Notes under the pieces: model-generated | What the model was told of the DNA's origin: nothing | Databases searched by the model: none | The model's input: the letters and a program-made list of their open reading frames with translations, nothing else | NCBI GenBank assembly: GCA_010909165.1 | Contig: MU008166.1 | Coordinates: forward strand, 310,001 to 374,000 | DNA length: 64,000 nucleotides | From: Anthoceros angustus | Taxonomy: Eukaryota; Plantae; Anthocerotophyta | Direction: 5' to 3' | Translations under genes and position numbers: made by a program | In this document: piece after piece, positions 48,592-60,718 of the stretch | How positions within the stretch are numbered: the stretch's first letter is position 1 | How the letters are laid out: every line of letters starts with the position of its first letter

Positions 48592-51500
48592 TCATAGACA
48601 TAGGCGTGACTTGTTCTCGGCTTCGGTGGTTAGCCTATACAGCTGGACTTCTCCATCGTGCCCATGTGGTGCCATTGTGAACTTGCATGTCTGAACAATT
48701 TGAGCTGGCAAAATGCATTCCTCCAGATCCCAAGGCAAGCTATACACAGACTCGGGCAAATGCTTTTCCAACATATAGTATTGTCCGACAACCACCTCCT
48801 CCCCAGCCTGGAATTCTCTTTTACTCCAAGGGCAATACCGAGACTCCAGTAACGTGTGCTTGGCCTTAGTGCAAGTCAACAGGTAAAAATCCAGCCCTTC
48901 ATCTGCAGGGTCTGCCAAGACAAGGAAGTTATCTCCAACTTCCAAGATATCTGCCATCTCTGAGACATCATCAACATCATCATCCTCAGCTGCTTCAATT
49001 GTTGGAAGTGCACGATCAGCAATCATCGGTCACGAGGACTTGCTGGTCAACCGCTTGTCGTGTTTGTCCGGGGCCGCCAGGCCCATGAGGTGTGATTCGA
49101 CCGACCTCCAAAAGCCGATGAGGCACCATTTCACACCGAATGGTTGCTCTCCATACACTGCGAAACATGCAAGGCTCCGCATTCGCAATTGCGTGGGGTC
49201 ATGCATGTCACAACCATACAGTGCATTTGCTTGGATCCGTATGGGGTCACAACCAAATTTGTTTGGTTTACCTCTGTCTTTCCAATGAGCCAAAACTTGA
49301 ATCGCATGATCAGCACTTGCATAAGAGCTGGCCGCACGCAGAGATGTTTTCGCAGTACTCCACCACATCTGCAGCATTTTCCATCCCGCCAGAGGGACGA
49401 CTCTGCGGCTCGCAGAGCACGCTTCAAGATGGCACTGCACCATCGTGCTCCCCTTCCGTGCCCACTTCCAAAATAAGACCAAAGCATGTTGCACCCACCG
49501 TGATGCTAGGATACCGAGCAATGAAGTAGCTAGGTCGACACGCTTTGAATTGGCTAGCGCCCCATCCGACCAAAGACCAGTGTTCTCGAGGTTGAGGGAA
49601 TCCGCATCCTGCATCCATCGCCACGCTTTAGCAGTGTTGCACAAATAGAGTGTCATGGACCATGTCATCGCTAATATAAAAGTGATAGTACTTCTCAATT
49701 GATACGCCAGGGTCCTCTGCATCAACAAGGCCATTGCGCTGTAAAAACCAACACCAAAATAGTAACTGGTCGCTCGCCAAGGCATGGATTGAATCTCATT
49801 CGGACCCCAAATGCATAGTTCGAGCAAAATCGAGCATCGAAACCACAACATCCTGTGGGAACCATTCGAGACAATGTCGAACTCTATCCCGCCACACTGG
49901 ATGTAATCATGAAATGTAAACTCCTTCAGCCTTACCTTGGATACTCCACAAACACGGAAGGATGTGTTTCCCTAAACACTAGTTTGATCCTTTTCTTGTC
50001 GTTGCCATCGATCCTTTCCGACTACCGATATTGAAAAGCCACTTAAGAACAGATTTCGAATATCCAAACATGTCTCGAAGGCGGAAGGAAGTGTGTTGAC
50101 ACCACACTGTCACATGTTCCTAGCAAGCATGCGGGGAATGCCAGCATCCTCACCCTTTGCACAAAGAACACGCTCACATAGTGTCCTGACTGAAGCCAAA
50201 CAAGTGGAGGCAGCGTTACAATGAAGCTCTTCTGAGCCAAAAGGATGAGCACACACCAGACAGGAACAATGACACTGGCCACGGGGGTGAACCCTGGAGA
50301 CTGTGCCCGGAGGTTATTGAAGGCATCTTTAAGGAACGCCATTTCCACATGGTACCGACAGCAGCAGAGATTGCGCTCTTGCAAGCTCTTAACAAAGAAC
50401 GGCTTCAACTTCTCGAATGACCGTTGCCCAACTTGTATTTCCGGGTGTTCTTGACAGAAGCGAAGGTAGAACTCCGTCTGCACATGTCACAGAAGAACAC
50501 ACCAATCAGCCTAAGAAACCCTGCTGGTAAAAGCAACACCAAACCCACAATGGAGGCCACATGGAGTCGCAGATCATATGTGAGCATAGGACATTGGGGT
50601 CAAACATGCAAGCTTGGGTCCCAGCTGACGTAACCAGCACAAACATGTAACACACTCAGTTCCAGCTGTCTCTGTTTGGCAGCATAGCAGGGTCACCACT
50701 TAGTTGCCCAATAGGAAGACACCCTACGGTTGTATGAGGAAGGGAAACACAAGCAGGTTAGAAGGACCCAAGACACGTCCTTCAGATCAGCAACAACCTA
50801 GACACAAATCTCGAAACCTAGCAAGCCAAACTTCCACATTACGTCCTTGAGAAGAACAACCTACAATCAACACTTCAAACTCGCAAGTCGATAATTCCAC
50901 ACATACCGTGATATGTCCAAAGTGCGTGATATGTTTGATGAACGCGTGCTATTCGCAACCGCTTGGTATCTTTTGTGTTGGATGAAGGACGGAAGCCGAT
51001 TCCCAAAAGTGGACGATGGTGGCCTTAACATGTGGCGAAAGGATGTCGATCTTGATCTCCTTCCATCACCCAACCAGATCTCGCCACTGCAGGCATGCCC
51101 TCCCCGCCTTGTGCTTAGGGCTCGATGGATCCGCCTCCGACTCCAATGTGGTGGGAAAGCATAGCAACAAGGTGATTGTCTTGGAGATCTTGAGATAAAA
51201 TGACGTTGAGCAGGTGTTCCTTGCTCGCAAATGGTCTCCAACTTGAATCGCCTTCAAGTTTGTGCAAGCCTCACGCACATTCTTCAACAACAATGCTCCT
51301 AGTTGGATCTCTTTTGCATCCTTTGTAGCCCCGGCCTATACAACTTGAGAAGTGGTAGGTGACTAAACACCTCCAAGATGTCTCTACGACTTTCTGCCGT
51401 ATGCGTAAGGCATAAAAGCGATTGGCTAGTGTACGAGCCACTTCTTGTTCGCACCGAGCATTCCCTAATACGAATTGGTGCAAGAGCCGCCGCTCTCTAT

Positions 51501-51940
51501 GCTTCTCGCACACGGCTGTTGATGTTTTGACGCCTCTCCTTCAACTCTCCCGGAAGGAGCATCCTCCCCTACTCTCCTTGGCGCTGGAGGACGTGACTGC
51601 TTAACATCCGCCTCTGTCCACCTCCGTGATGTATCCTCGCCTTCTTCTTCCCACACCACGGACACCGACTTCACGTGAAGCACCTTGGTGTAGTGCTTCA
51701 CTTTGCCGTTCAGCGACGTTTGCTCGCCCATCGACTCCGTTGTTGGGAAGGTGACCGAGCCATAGCACGTCCCAAAACAGCCAAGGGTTTGAGGCACCAC
51801 CTCCAACGCCACGGCACTATCCACCGTATTTGCAAGACACCGCCTCGAGACTATCCACCAACCCGGTAGCGGACCTACTTGCAACTTGTAGCGCCGTCTC
51901 AACTCGATCCGCTCCTTCCACCACGCCCTCCACATGTAGC
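48592..51940 (-). mobile_element. Second DDD transposase, GHG(K)GxHDG-motif type (Sola-related by motif pattern), frameshifted (TnpA2)
   Basis: VKATIVHFWESAS; QTEFYLRFCQEHPEIQVGQRSFEKLKPFFVK..ERNLCCCRYHVEM; LDFA.NYAFGVRNEIQSM (~49780-49835); HDTLFVQH; LWSDG..SQFK (~49545-49575); SYFGSGHG.GEHDG..LKRALR (49441-49475); C-terminal VGDNFLVLADPADEGLDFYLLTC..VVGQYY..CKFTM. Confidence 0.75.
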
Positions 51941-53377
51941 CACGGAGCTTGTCACGATTACCTAGCCTACGAGTTCAAGTTTGAGCTCCGGAGCTTGTCA
52001 CGATTACCTAGCCTACGAGTTCAAGTTGAGCTCTACAAGATTTAGGTCATTTGCGACAAAAGCGGTATGCACGATTCACCTACCGCACTGTAAATGATAT
52101 TCTATGTTGATTATTAAACTCGGAGCATTTCAAGGCACATGGGCCTGCTCGGGCCACGAGTTCGTGAAATGAAGCGGCAAAAGGCCAGCTATGTGGGGAC
52201 ATTGTCCTTAAACAAGTTGAATTTTTAAAGCATATTTTAATATACCATTCTTTATTAAATTTTAATCCTAGATAAAAATAGACATGACTATAACATGTAA
52301 AAAAATCAGACAAGTTGGAAAAGAAATGAATTTTTCATAATTGTAAACATTGCGTGAGGACAAATTAAGAGCGTTTCAACCGTTTCTAACTAAAGTGAGC
52401 ACCCAACCATGCTTATACCCTTTTGCACGTTCGTGGTCCGATTCCCGCCTCGTCGTCGGGGCGGTTTCTATCCGAGACCTCAACGCGATCGTTTTCACTC
52501 CCTAATTACTCTTAAGCGTCCACCGAACAGGCCCGGCGTGGCCAAACGTTTAAGGACTTGTTCATGTCCGTTTCCTACCAGTCCGTCCTATGTCTCTTAT
52601 AGTCCGTCTCTCCTACCACGCTCACTACGCACATTACCAAAAAATAAAGGAGCCTAAACTTTTGCCTTTCATAACCTCATATCAGCTGAGCGTTAAGGAT
52701 GAAAAAGGAAAAGAATCAAACTTTTAAATCATATTTTAAATTTCTAAATAAGATCTCACCGACATTCAATCATTATTTTATTTGATCTATGAGGAGCCAA
52801 AGGTATTTCCAGCTCTGATGTGGCGATCGCAAGCAGCCTGGAATTCAAATGATTTCCTTAGATAGCCATAGCCCAAGTTGGTTGAGATATTTTGTGATAA
52901 GATGGATTTGTGTGGGGGGGAGCTAGCTAGTGAGCTCTATCTCTTTATAAGACGTTGTGAATTCGTGATGAAGGAAAATGTAAATTTTGCATATTTTCCA
53001 TCATCCTAGATATTTTTCACGGATTGTAATTGATAGCCTAATTTGGCTTGCCCTTCTTTCCTTGCACATCAAAGGACCCTGTCATAACGTGTTGATCATA
53101 AACCTGGAACACGAAGTAGTTCATAGCTTAAATGTCTGTAGGCCATAGGGCTTCGTTGGCAACTAACAACTTATCTATGTAAACCCTTAGCTTAACGATG
53201 AGGAGCTTCAGAGCAATTCGTGAAAGTAGTGCTTGAGGAGCTTCAGAGGAATTCGATAGAATAGGGCGGAGCAAAGTGCGGAGAAAATCAATGTAGTAGG
53301 GCCAACACCTATAGTTTTTTGGACCTATACTTTTATTAAACATGAAAGAGAAATTCGTACCTAGGCAGATATTATCG

Positions 53378-53885
53378 AAAACCTAACTAGGAACACAATA
53401 ATCCAAAACCTTACTAGGAACACAATAATCCAAAACCTTACTAGGAACACAATAATCCAAAACCTTACTAGGAACACAATAATCCAAAACCTTACTAGGA
53501 ACACAATAATCCAAAACCTTACTAGGAACACAATAATCCAAAACCTTACTACGAATACACTAATCGAGAGCCTTACTAGGAACATACTACTAGGAAGATA
53601 TTAATTGAGAACCTTACATGACTAAGAAAATAATAGTCCTCTTTCTTGAAACATACTAATATAGAACCTTACTAGGAAGATACTAATTCAAAACGTGACT
53701 AAGAAGACACTGATCGAGAAGCCTACTAGAAAGATACTAATTGAGAATCTTACTTAACTAAGAAAACACTGATCCTCTTTGTAAAAACAAAATAATCGAG
53801 AACCTTACTAGGAAGATACTAATGGCGAACCTTACTTGACTAAGAAGACACCAATCAGAACCTTATAAAAAAGATACTAATATAA
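53378..53885. repeat. 27-bp repeat array: 6 near-perfect copies then degenerate copies
   Basis: AAAACCTTACTAGGAACACAATAATCC at 53378, 53405, 53432, 53459, 53486, 53513; diverged units continue to ~53885. TATATAAAA follows at 53960-53968. Confidence 0.93.
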
Positions 53886-54153
53886 GATCTTTTCTAGTAT
53901 ATAATAAGTCCTAAGGCTTCATGTGTTCATGTACACAATTTTGGGTTCTTTTGTGCATCTATATAAAAGAAGTTCTTGTAGATCAATTTCTAAGAACAAA
54001 AAGACACCAATAGATATCTAGTAATATTATCAACAACGAGAACGGTTAATTCAAGGTATGAGGCGACTTGATGATAGGTTGATGATGGGGCAATAGGATT
54101 CCATGTCAACTTAAAGCATATTATCTCCTGAAAATAATCTTAGCAATAAGAAC

Positions 54154-55984
54154 ATGATCATGACGCAACTTGCTACAGGCCCAACCCAAAATACACCAAC
54201 AATGAATGAAAATGGCAACATCCCAGAAGGTTTGACTATCAATATGTTGAGGGAACTAGGTATCGATATACCACCTTATAGGGTGTCCAAATCAAATAAT
54301 ATTAATAACACAAAGATAAAGTTGACATCAAATAATATTATGAATAGTAATGGGGGCGATAATATTTATAAGAATCATCCACTAACATCTAGAAATATCA
54401 TGAATACTGAGGAAAGATCAATTTTAGGAATGAGCCGACCCGGTGAGATGACAACTCTAAATCCAATGATGCGACAATATGATACCGGTGATAATATTAT
54501 TGACACTGATTGGGGTGCAATGATGAAGCAACCTCATAAGTTGGCAAGTCAGAAGGAAACAACATTAAATCCAATGATGGGCCAACCTGGTGTAATGCTA
54601 ACTCAAAGGATGTCAACATTCAATAATAATGATGGCAATACTATGGGCGAAGGAATGGTTACCGAAGAAAGGGTAATTCCAAGAACGGGCCCACCGTGTA
54701 AGATGACAACTTCGAGTCCAATCATGGGGCAATATGATACCATGTCAACTCCGATTCCAATCATGGAGCAATATGATACCATGTCAACTCCGAGTCTAAT
54801 CATGGGGCAATATGATACCATGTCAACTCCGATTCCAATCATGGGGCAATATGATACCATGTCAACTCGATTCCAATCATGGGGCAATATGATACCATGT
54901 CAACTCCGATTCAATCATGGAGCAATATGATACCATGTCAACTCCGAGTCTAATCATGGGGCAATATGATACCATGTCAACTCCGATTCCAATCATGGGG
55001 CAATATGATACCATGTCAACTCCGATTCCAATCATGGGGCAATATGATACCATGTCAGCTCCAAGCATATTATTGTCTGAAAATAATCTTAGCAATAAGA
55101 ACACAATCATGGCGCAACTTGCTACAGGCCTAACTCCTAACATGCCAACAATGAATAAAAATCCCAACATCCAAGAAGGGTCGACTGTCAATATGTTGAG
55201 GGAACTAGATGTTGCTATACCACCTCATAGGGTGTCGAAATCAAATAATATTAATAACACAAAGATAAAATTGACATCAAATAATATATTGAACACTCAT
55301 CTACCAACATCTAATAATATTATCAATACTGAGAAAAGGTCAACTTTAGAGATGGGCCAACCCGGTGAGATGCCAACTCCGAGTCCAATGATGGGACAAT
55401 ATGATACTAGTGATAATATTATTAATACTGATCAGGGTACAATGACAAGGCAACTAAATACCATGTCAACTAAGAGCAGAACAGTACTTTACGATGATCC
55501 AAACAACCAGGCTTGCGATTATGATGAGCCTCGAGCTTGTTCTCTTCCTATAAACAATTCGAAGGACGAGTCTCTTGGAAGTTGTCTCGTTGGAGAGAAT
55601 TCGAATGAATTTCAAAAAAAAAGCGAAGATCTGAAAGATAAGTTCTATACTGTTGGAGAACTTTCACCTAGCCAATTAAAACATTACGATATGAAATATC
55701 TTGGCCGTATTGAAGAAATTGATAATTGCCTTGATAATAATCAACAAGAAATTTTAAATAGCCAACAAGAGATTTCAGAGAAACATCTTGATAATCAACG
55801 AGAAATTTTAAATGGTCAACAAGAGACTATCGAGAAAACTCTTGATAAACCTTTATCTAAAATTAGGCCGAAAGGGAAAAGAATACCGAAAGATCTAAAA
55901 ACATCATCTTTAGAAGAGAACAGGAAGAAAAGGAGAAAAATTGCTGACGAACATGGCTCATTGTTCGCACCATCGAAAAGATGA
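54154..55984 (+). CDS. Orphan intronless repeat protein (~610 aa if two 1-nt deletions are corrected)
   Basis: Two copies of a ~110-aa module (MxQLATG..NMLREL..IPPxRVSKSNNINNTKIKLTSNNI) separated by 9 x 39-bp units encoding MGQYDTMSTP(I/S)(P/L)I (54721-55063). Units 4 and 5 each lack one C of a CC pair, which explains the break between ORFs 54154-54930 and 54917-55984. Basic RKKRRK near the C-terminus. Confidence 0.6.
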
Positions 55985-57958
55985 ATAACTAGTCCTCCCT
56001 TCAAGAGTGACACGGTAGCTAGAAGTTCATTTCAACTCCGTGGTTGAGCAACCCTCCAGTCGAATCACTATGGGGATGAGGTATCTCCTACCCCCAATTA
56101 CTCTGGCCCTTGGTGGCGTGCCTGTTCTATAGCTCTTTTGGGCCGCCTGATGTATGATGCCTGTTGTCTTGCTTGCAAAAAGGGATGTTGTTGTAGGGTT
56201 GTGAAGCCCTTCGTGGCTGCTTGATATACAATCTTTGTTGCAAGGTTCAAAAGGGCGGCTATAGCTGTAAGGTTGTGAAGGCCTTCAGGGCCACTTGATA
56301 TACGATTTTCAAAAGTTGTAAGGTTCTAAAGCCCTTAGAGGCCGTCTAATATATGATCTTTGATGTAAGGGCCTTTGGAGCCTATAGATTACATGGAATG
56401 TAAATACTTGATCAAATTCTTCAAAAGATAGATGAACGACTCGTTACTTGAGTATTCTTTGCGGTTACCTCTAGGTCCTTTTTCACCAAAAAAGGTATTC
56501 ATTGCATTTGGACCTTGCTAATTTCAAAACAACCATCTATAATTTTCCTTGCACGAATATTTGGCCCTCCCTAGTTGGGACCTATAAATAGGAAAGGTCA
56601 TGCGAAACTTTTTTGAATCTAAGATATTTAGAAACAATAAAGCACGACAGAAACGCCTATTGGGAGTTAAGCGCTTACTTTAACCTTAGTAAGACTGGAG
56701 GTTGCATAGGCAATAACGTTGAGTTTGCATTCGTTTCTAGTCATTCATACCTTGCATATGCTAAGATGCGGATCTCCGAATTCAGCTTTGGGAAAATGGA
56801 CACTTTGTTTGAATCAAACAAGTACATATTCATCGGCATGGGACACGCTAAGAAGGCTGTGACGGCCATTTTAACCACCTAGTTCTTGGTTTCCTACACT
56901 AGACGTTAGGTTTTGGGTTTCACTGTAGTTAGCTGGGGGTTCTTTATTGCTGTCTTATAGCATTTACCCTCATATTACGAGTATTTTAATAATTACCTAG
57001 GATCAATACCTATTTATAGGCTTTTCACCTATTTATCTGCTATTTATCTAATCATCTGCTATTTATCTAATTATCTACCTGGTCAGCTGACATTATCACA
57101 TCAGCACCCAATTGCGAAATAGGTACCTTTGGCTTTCGCGGTTCCAGATGCTTGGTCTCACTAGAGTAGTAATTGTGTGGCTTTAGGATGGGTTTCTTTG
57201 ATAATCTGTAGGATATGCATACCTAGCCAGAAAATTCTCATATCTTGCATAGGGGTTGGTAAGAAGGATTTCAACACACACTTGAAATTGCATAGCAATT
57301 GAGCAAACGTGTAAACGGATGGCCTGCAACCCAAACTGTTCTCTTCTGAAAGATAAGTTCTATACTATTGGAGAACTTTCACCTAGCCAATTAAAACATT
57401 ACGATACGAAATATCTTGGCCGTATTGAAGAAATTAATAATTTCCTTGATAATAATCAACAAGAAATTTTAAATAGCCAACAAGAGATTTCAGAGAAACA
57501 TCTTGATAATCAACGAGAAATTTTAAATGGTCAACAAGAGACTATCGAGAAAACTCTTGATAAACCTTTATCTAAAATTAGGCCGAAAGGAAAAAGAATA
57601 CCGAAAGATCTAAAAACATCATCTTTAGAAGAGAACAGGAAGAAAAGGAGAAAAATTCGTGAACATGGCTCATTGTTCGCACCATCGAAAAGATGAATAA
57701 CTAGTCCTCCCTTCAAGAGTGACACGGTAGCTAGAAGTTTATTTCAACTCCGTGGTTGAGCAACCCTCCAGTCGAATCACTATGGGGATGAGGTATCTCC
57801 TACCCCCAATTACTCTGGCCCTTGGTGGCGTGCCTGTTCTATAGCTCTTTTGGGCCGCCTGATGTATAATGCATGTTGTCTTACCTGCAAAAAAGGATGT
57901 TGTTGTAGAGTTGTGGAGCCTTTCGCGGCTGCTTGGTATACAATCTTTGTTGCAAGGT
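55631..57958 (+). repeat. Direct repeat of ~615 bp (55631-56246 and 57346-57958)
   Basis: Both copies start CTGAAAGATAAGTTCTATACT and end CAATCTTTGTTGCAAGGT. They cover the repeat protein's C-terminus and 3' flank, ~1.1 kb apart. Confidence 0.92.
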
Positions 57959-58298
57959 GGGGTTTCTGGAAGTCCGTGTGCAAAAAGGGGTTATTGGAGA
58001 AACCCCTTTTCTTCCCAGACGCTGTTCGATCCTCGATCTCGTCAATTAGGTGGTTTATCTCCTTCTGCCCCGCCTCCGGCACTTGCACCAGCCGGTTGGT
58101 CTGTTCGAGCTCCTTCGTTAGCTGCTTGACTTCAATCCGTCGCTCCTGGTACAGGGCCTCCCTTCCTCTAGCGGTTTGCTTTAGGGATGCTACCTCATGC
58201 TTTAGCGCCCGCATCTCATCCCACAAGGTCCCTATATACTTGAATTGAGTAGGTTGTTCATGATGGGGTTTATGTACATAGGTGTGGATGAGAAACAT
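57810..58298 (-). CDS. Orphan coiled-coil ORF, 162 aa
   Basis: LWDEMRALKHEVASLKQTARGREALYQERRIEVKQLTKELEQTNRL..EINHLIDEIEDR. Its 3' end runs into the second copy of the 615-bp repeat. Confidence 0.4.
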   Translation of the reverse strand: MFLIHTYVHKPHHEQPTQFKYIGTLWDEMRALKHEVASLKQTARGREALYQERRIEVKQLTKELEQTNRLVQVPEAGQKEINHLIDEIEDRTASGKKRGFSNNPFLHTDFQKPHLATKIVYQAAAKGSTTLQQHPFLQVRQHALYIRRPKRAIEQARHQGPE

Positions 58299-58676
58299 CT
58301 TTAATTACTGATATGTTTTTTCATCCAAATTAGGTCAAAAAATTATTTTTTATTATGAACTTGATCGTGGATTTAATTCAAAGTAGCCCAATAAGGTCTT
58401 CTACAACAAGGGCTGTAGTGCTCTTTCTTACAACAAGAGGTGGATAGCACCCCATCCTAGTGCTTTTTTTTACAATAGGGGATGGGCAACACCCCATCCT
58501 AGCAATGGTCCAACTCAGGACGCCTGGCCTAATGGACCCACATCTACAAATGGGAAGCACCTCAACCCAGCGGTGATCCAACTTAAGGTGCTTGACCGCG
58601 TAGTACAGTGATCTCTATGTAATTCTAAGATATATATTTTAATTATAAAAATAAATAATTTATGACAATATCATGA

Positions 58677-59140
58677 GAATAGGTCCTTAATCCCACGATG
58701 TCACGGATTTGTTCAGCTGTGAAGGACAAGCCATATGCAAGGTACCCAGTATTCCACTAGTTACCTCTTTCATCGGCCCCTCACCTACTTACTTCCGGAA
58801 CAACACGATAAGGCAACAAGCTCCGTGACTTAAAATAGATAAAGCAGTGCATTCGAGTTCCAAATCACACATGAATATCCTGGCCGATGTTGAGCGCAGC
58901 TCTTCCAGCAGCAAAAGCAGCACCATCAAAGTTGGTTCTTTCAAACCCTCATTACGGTAAGACACGGAAAGTGCTTCGGAGTAACGGTCTTGGGATTTTC
59001 CTAAATCCTAATACAGAACAAAAGAAAGAAGACAGAAGACTTCGCAGCGCGCGTCAAAAAGAAGAGATCCGCGATTAAGGGATTAAGGACCTATTCCGCG
59101 AGGGATTAAGGACCTATTCCGCGAGGGATTAAGGACGATT
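58677..59140. repeat. 18-bp inverted repeat pair with a 23-bp tandem expansion on the right
   Basis: GAATAGGTCCTTAATCCC (58677-58694) is the reverse complement of GGGATTAAGGACCTATTC (59079-59096, 59102-59119); unit AGGGATTAAGGACCTATTCCGCG x ~2.6. Confidence 0.85.
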
Positions 59141-59797
59141 CTCTCAAAAAGAGAGATCCGCGAATGTCCCCTTTCGGGACATGGGAGCGGGGAGGGCAGA
59201 ATTTCTTTCTTTCTGTCGTAATTTATACAGTTTTATTATGCCGTTGTAATGGGTTGTAAAATCTGCTGTAAAAGGGTTGAAAAAGACCCCTTATTCTTAC
59301 CATTCTACTAGGTAAGGGTGGCGAGCAACGTTACTATGTCGAGCAGGTCCTTGGTTTGAATTTGGCGAGCTTAGACGATGGTGCCCGCAGTGCGCGTCTG
59401 TTGGGCCTCTGAGCTCAGCAGGGTTGATGCTAGGTAGATATGCACATATATAAGCGTTTCCGGCAAGGATATGCCCTTGGCAGCTTGGATGCTTTGGGCC
59501 GCAGACTCACGGAGCTTTGAAGGTGGCGGTTGTTCAGGGTAAGCAGTGGCCAGTGAAGGTTACAGACCTTCTAAATCTCTGTAACAAGCTGGACAATCCC
59601 CATGGAGTCCGGATGCTGTGCTATTTGCTAGCATTCACCTTCGATTTCAGACTCCTGAGTCTCGAGACCCGGAATGGTGTGTTTGTCCGACTCTAACTAG
59701 ACTATGTATGTAGGCGGTGTCCTTCTCCGATCCTCCGGAATTTTCTTGACGGTGTCCTTCTCCGATCCCCCGGAATTTTCTTGAGGCGGCAGGCAAT

Positions 59798-60718
59798 ATG
59801 GCGTACCGTCAGAAGCGTGAGCAGCCGACGGAGTATGTGCTGGTGCAGGACCAAAGGAAGCGCAAGCGGCCGATGAGGATCAGATCTATGAGTGAGTCTG
59901 CGGTGTTTCAGCAGGCAGGGAAGCCGGAAGACGCACTGCTAGCGAGGGTGCATACTGTGAGGAGCAAGAACGGCAAGGGCCAGGGCCAGGACCGGCAGAG
60001 GCGGAAGGAGCAGGAGCAAGAACCTGGACGGGAGCAGGGGGAGGCAGAGGTGGCGGTGACAGTGCCGTTCAGGTTTTGTGAGGCTGTGGATCTGGACCGG
60101 ATCGTTTTCAAGAACCGGAGCCTGCTGCAGGGAGCGATCGAGGAGTTCGGGCTCATCAAGTTCCTGATGCTGGTGGAGAGGTGGTGGTATTCGCATCACG
60201 AAAAGTTTTTTTCGCATCCGGCGATGGAGTCGGGGGCCTGGGTGGCTGCATGGGAGCAGCTCAAGCCTGTTCAACCGCGGGACGTCGTAATGGGATTCTC
60301 TACGGACGAGGACATTCTGAGCTTAAGCGTGAACAACCCCGCACTGTTCTGGGAAGCGCTGCACCGGCTGGGTATTAGGGCTTTTCTGGACCTTGTCGAC
60401 CTCTGGGGTCGAAGGCATAATCCGGTCGCCGGGGCGAGGAACAGGAGCCGTGAGGCAAAGAACGCTAGGACGGGTCGAAGATATGGCGTAGCCGACGCGC
60501 ACTCCTTGATAACACTTGACCATCTCCAGGAAGAATCGGATGTGGATTATTGCAGATCCGGTTGGATGGTAGCCACCAAACATTATTATATGAATGGGGC
60601 GACCCAGAAGTTCTATTATTCTCCCCAGGGAAAGGTTCTGTATTCAAAACAGCTTGTGCATAACTACGCGCTAATGAAAGCGAGTTCCCGAGGCATGGAG
60701 TCTATATTTCGAGCATAG
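59798..60718 (+). CDS. Intronless 306-aa ORF: NLS-like motif, two internal helical repeats, C-terminal MBD-like domain
   Basis: Clean ATG-to-stop ORF. RKRKRP; repeats NRSLLQGAIEEFGLIKFLMLVERW / NPALFWEALHRLGIRAFLDLVDLW; CRSGWMVATKHYYMNGATQKFYYSPQGKVLYSKQLVHNY follows the MBD pattern GW..YYSP.GK..(R)SK..V..Y. A 2 x 35 bp duplication lies just upstream (59715-59784). Confidence 0.7.
   Translation: MAYRQKREQPTEYVLVQDQRKRKRPMRIRSMSESAVFQQAGKPEDALLARVHTVRSKNGKGQGQDRQRRKEQEQEPGREQGEAEVAVTVPFRFCEAVDLDRIVFKNRSLLQGAIEEFGLIKFLMLVERWWYSHHEKFFSHPAMESGAWVAAWEQLKPVQPRDVVMGFSTDEDILSLSVNNPALFWEALHRLGIRAFLDLVDLWGRRHNPVAGARNRSREAKNARTGRRYGVADAHSLITLDHLQEESDVDYCRSGWMVATKHYYMNGATQKFYYSPQGKVLYSKQLVHNYALMKASSRGMESIFRA

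Noticed and set aside
29286-52150. AGGTCATGTGCTTT (29286) and AAGGCACATGGGCCT (~52130) as TIRs of the large element
   Set aside because: The similarity is short and gapped, does not extend inward, and has no TSD.
19055-53885. 53-bp, 43-bp and 27-bp arrays as CRISPR arrays
   Set aside because: Units are contiguous with no unique spacers, no cas genes are present, and the context is eukaryotic.
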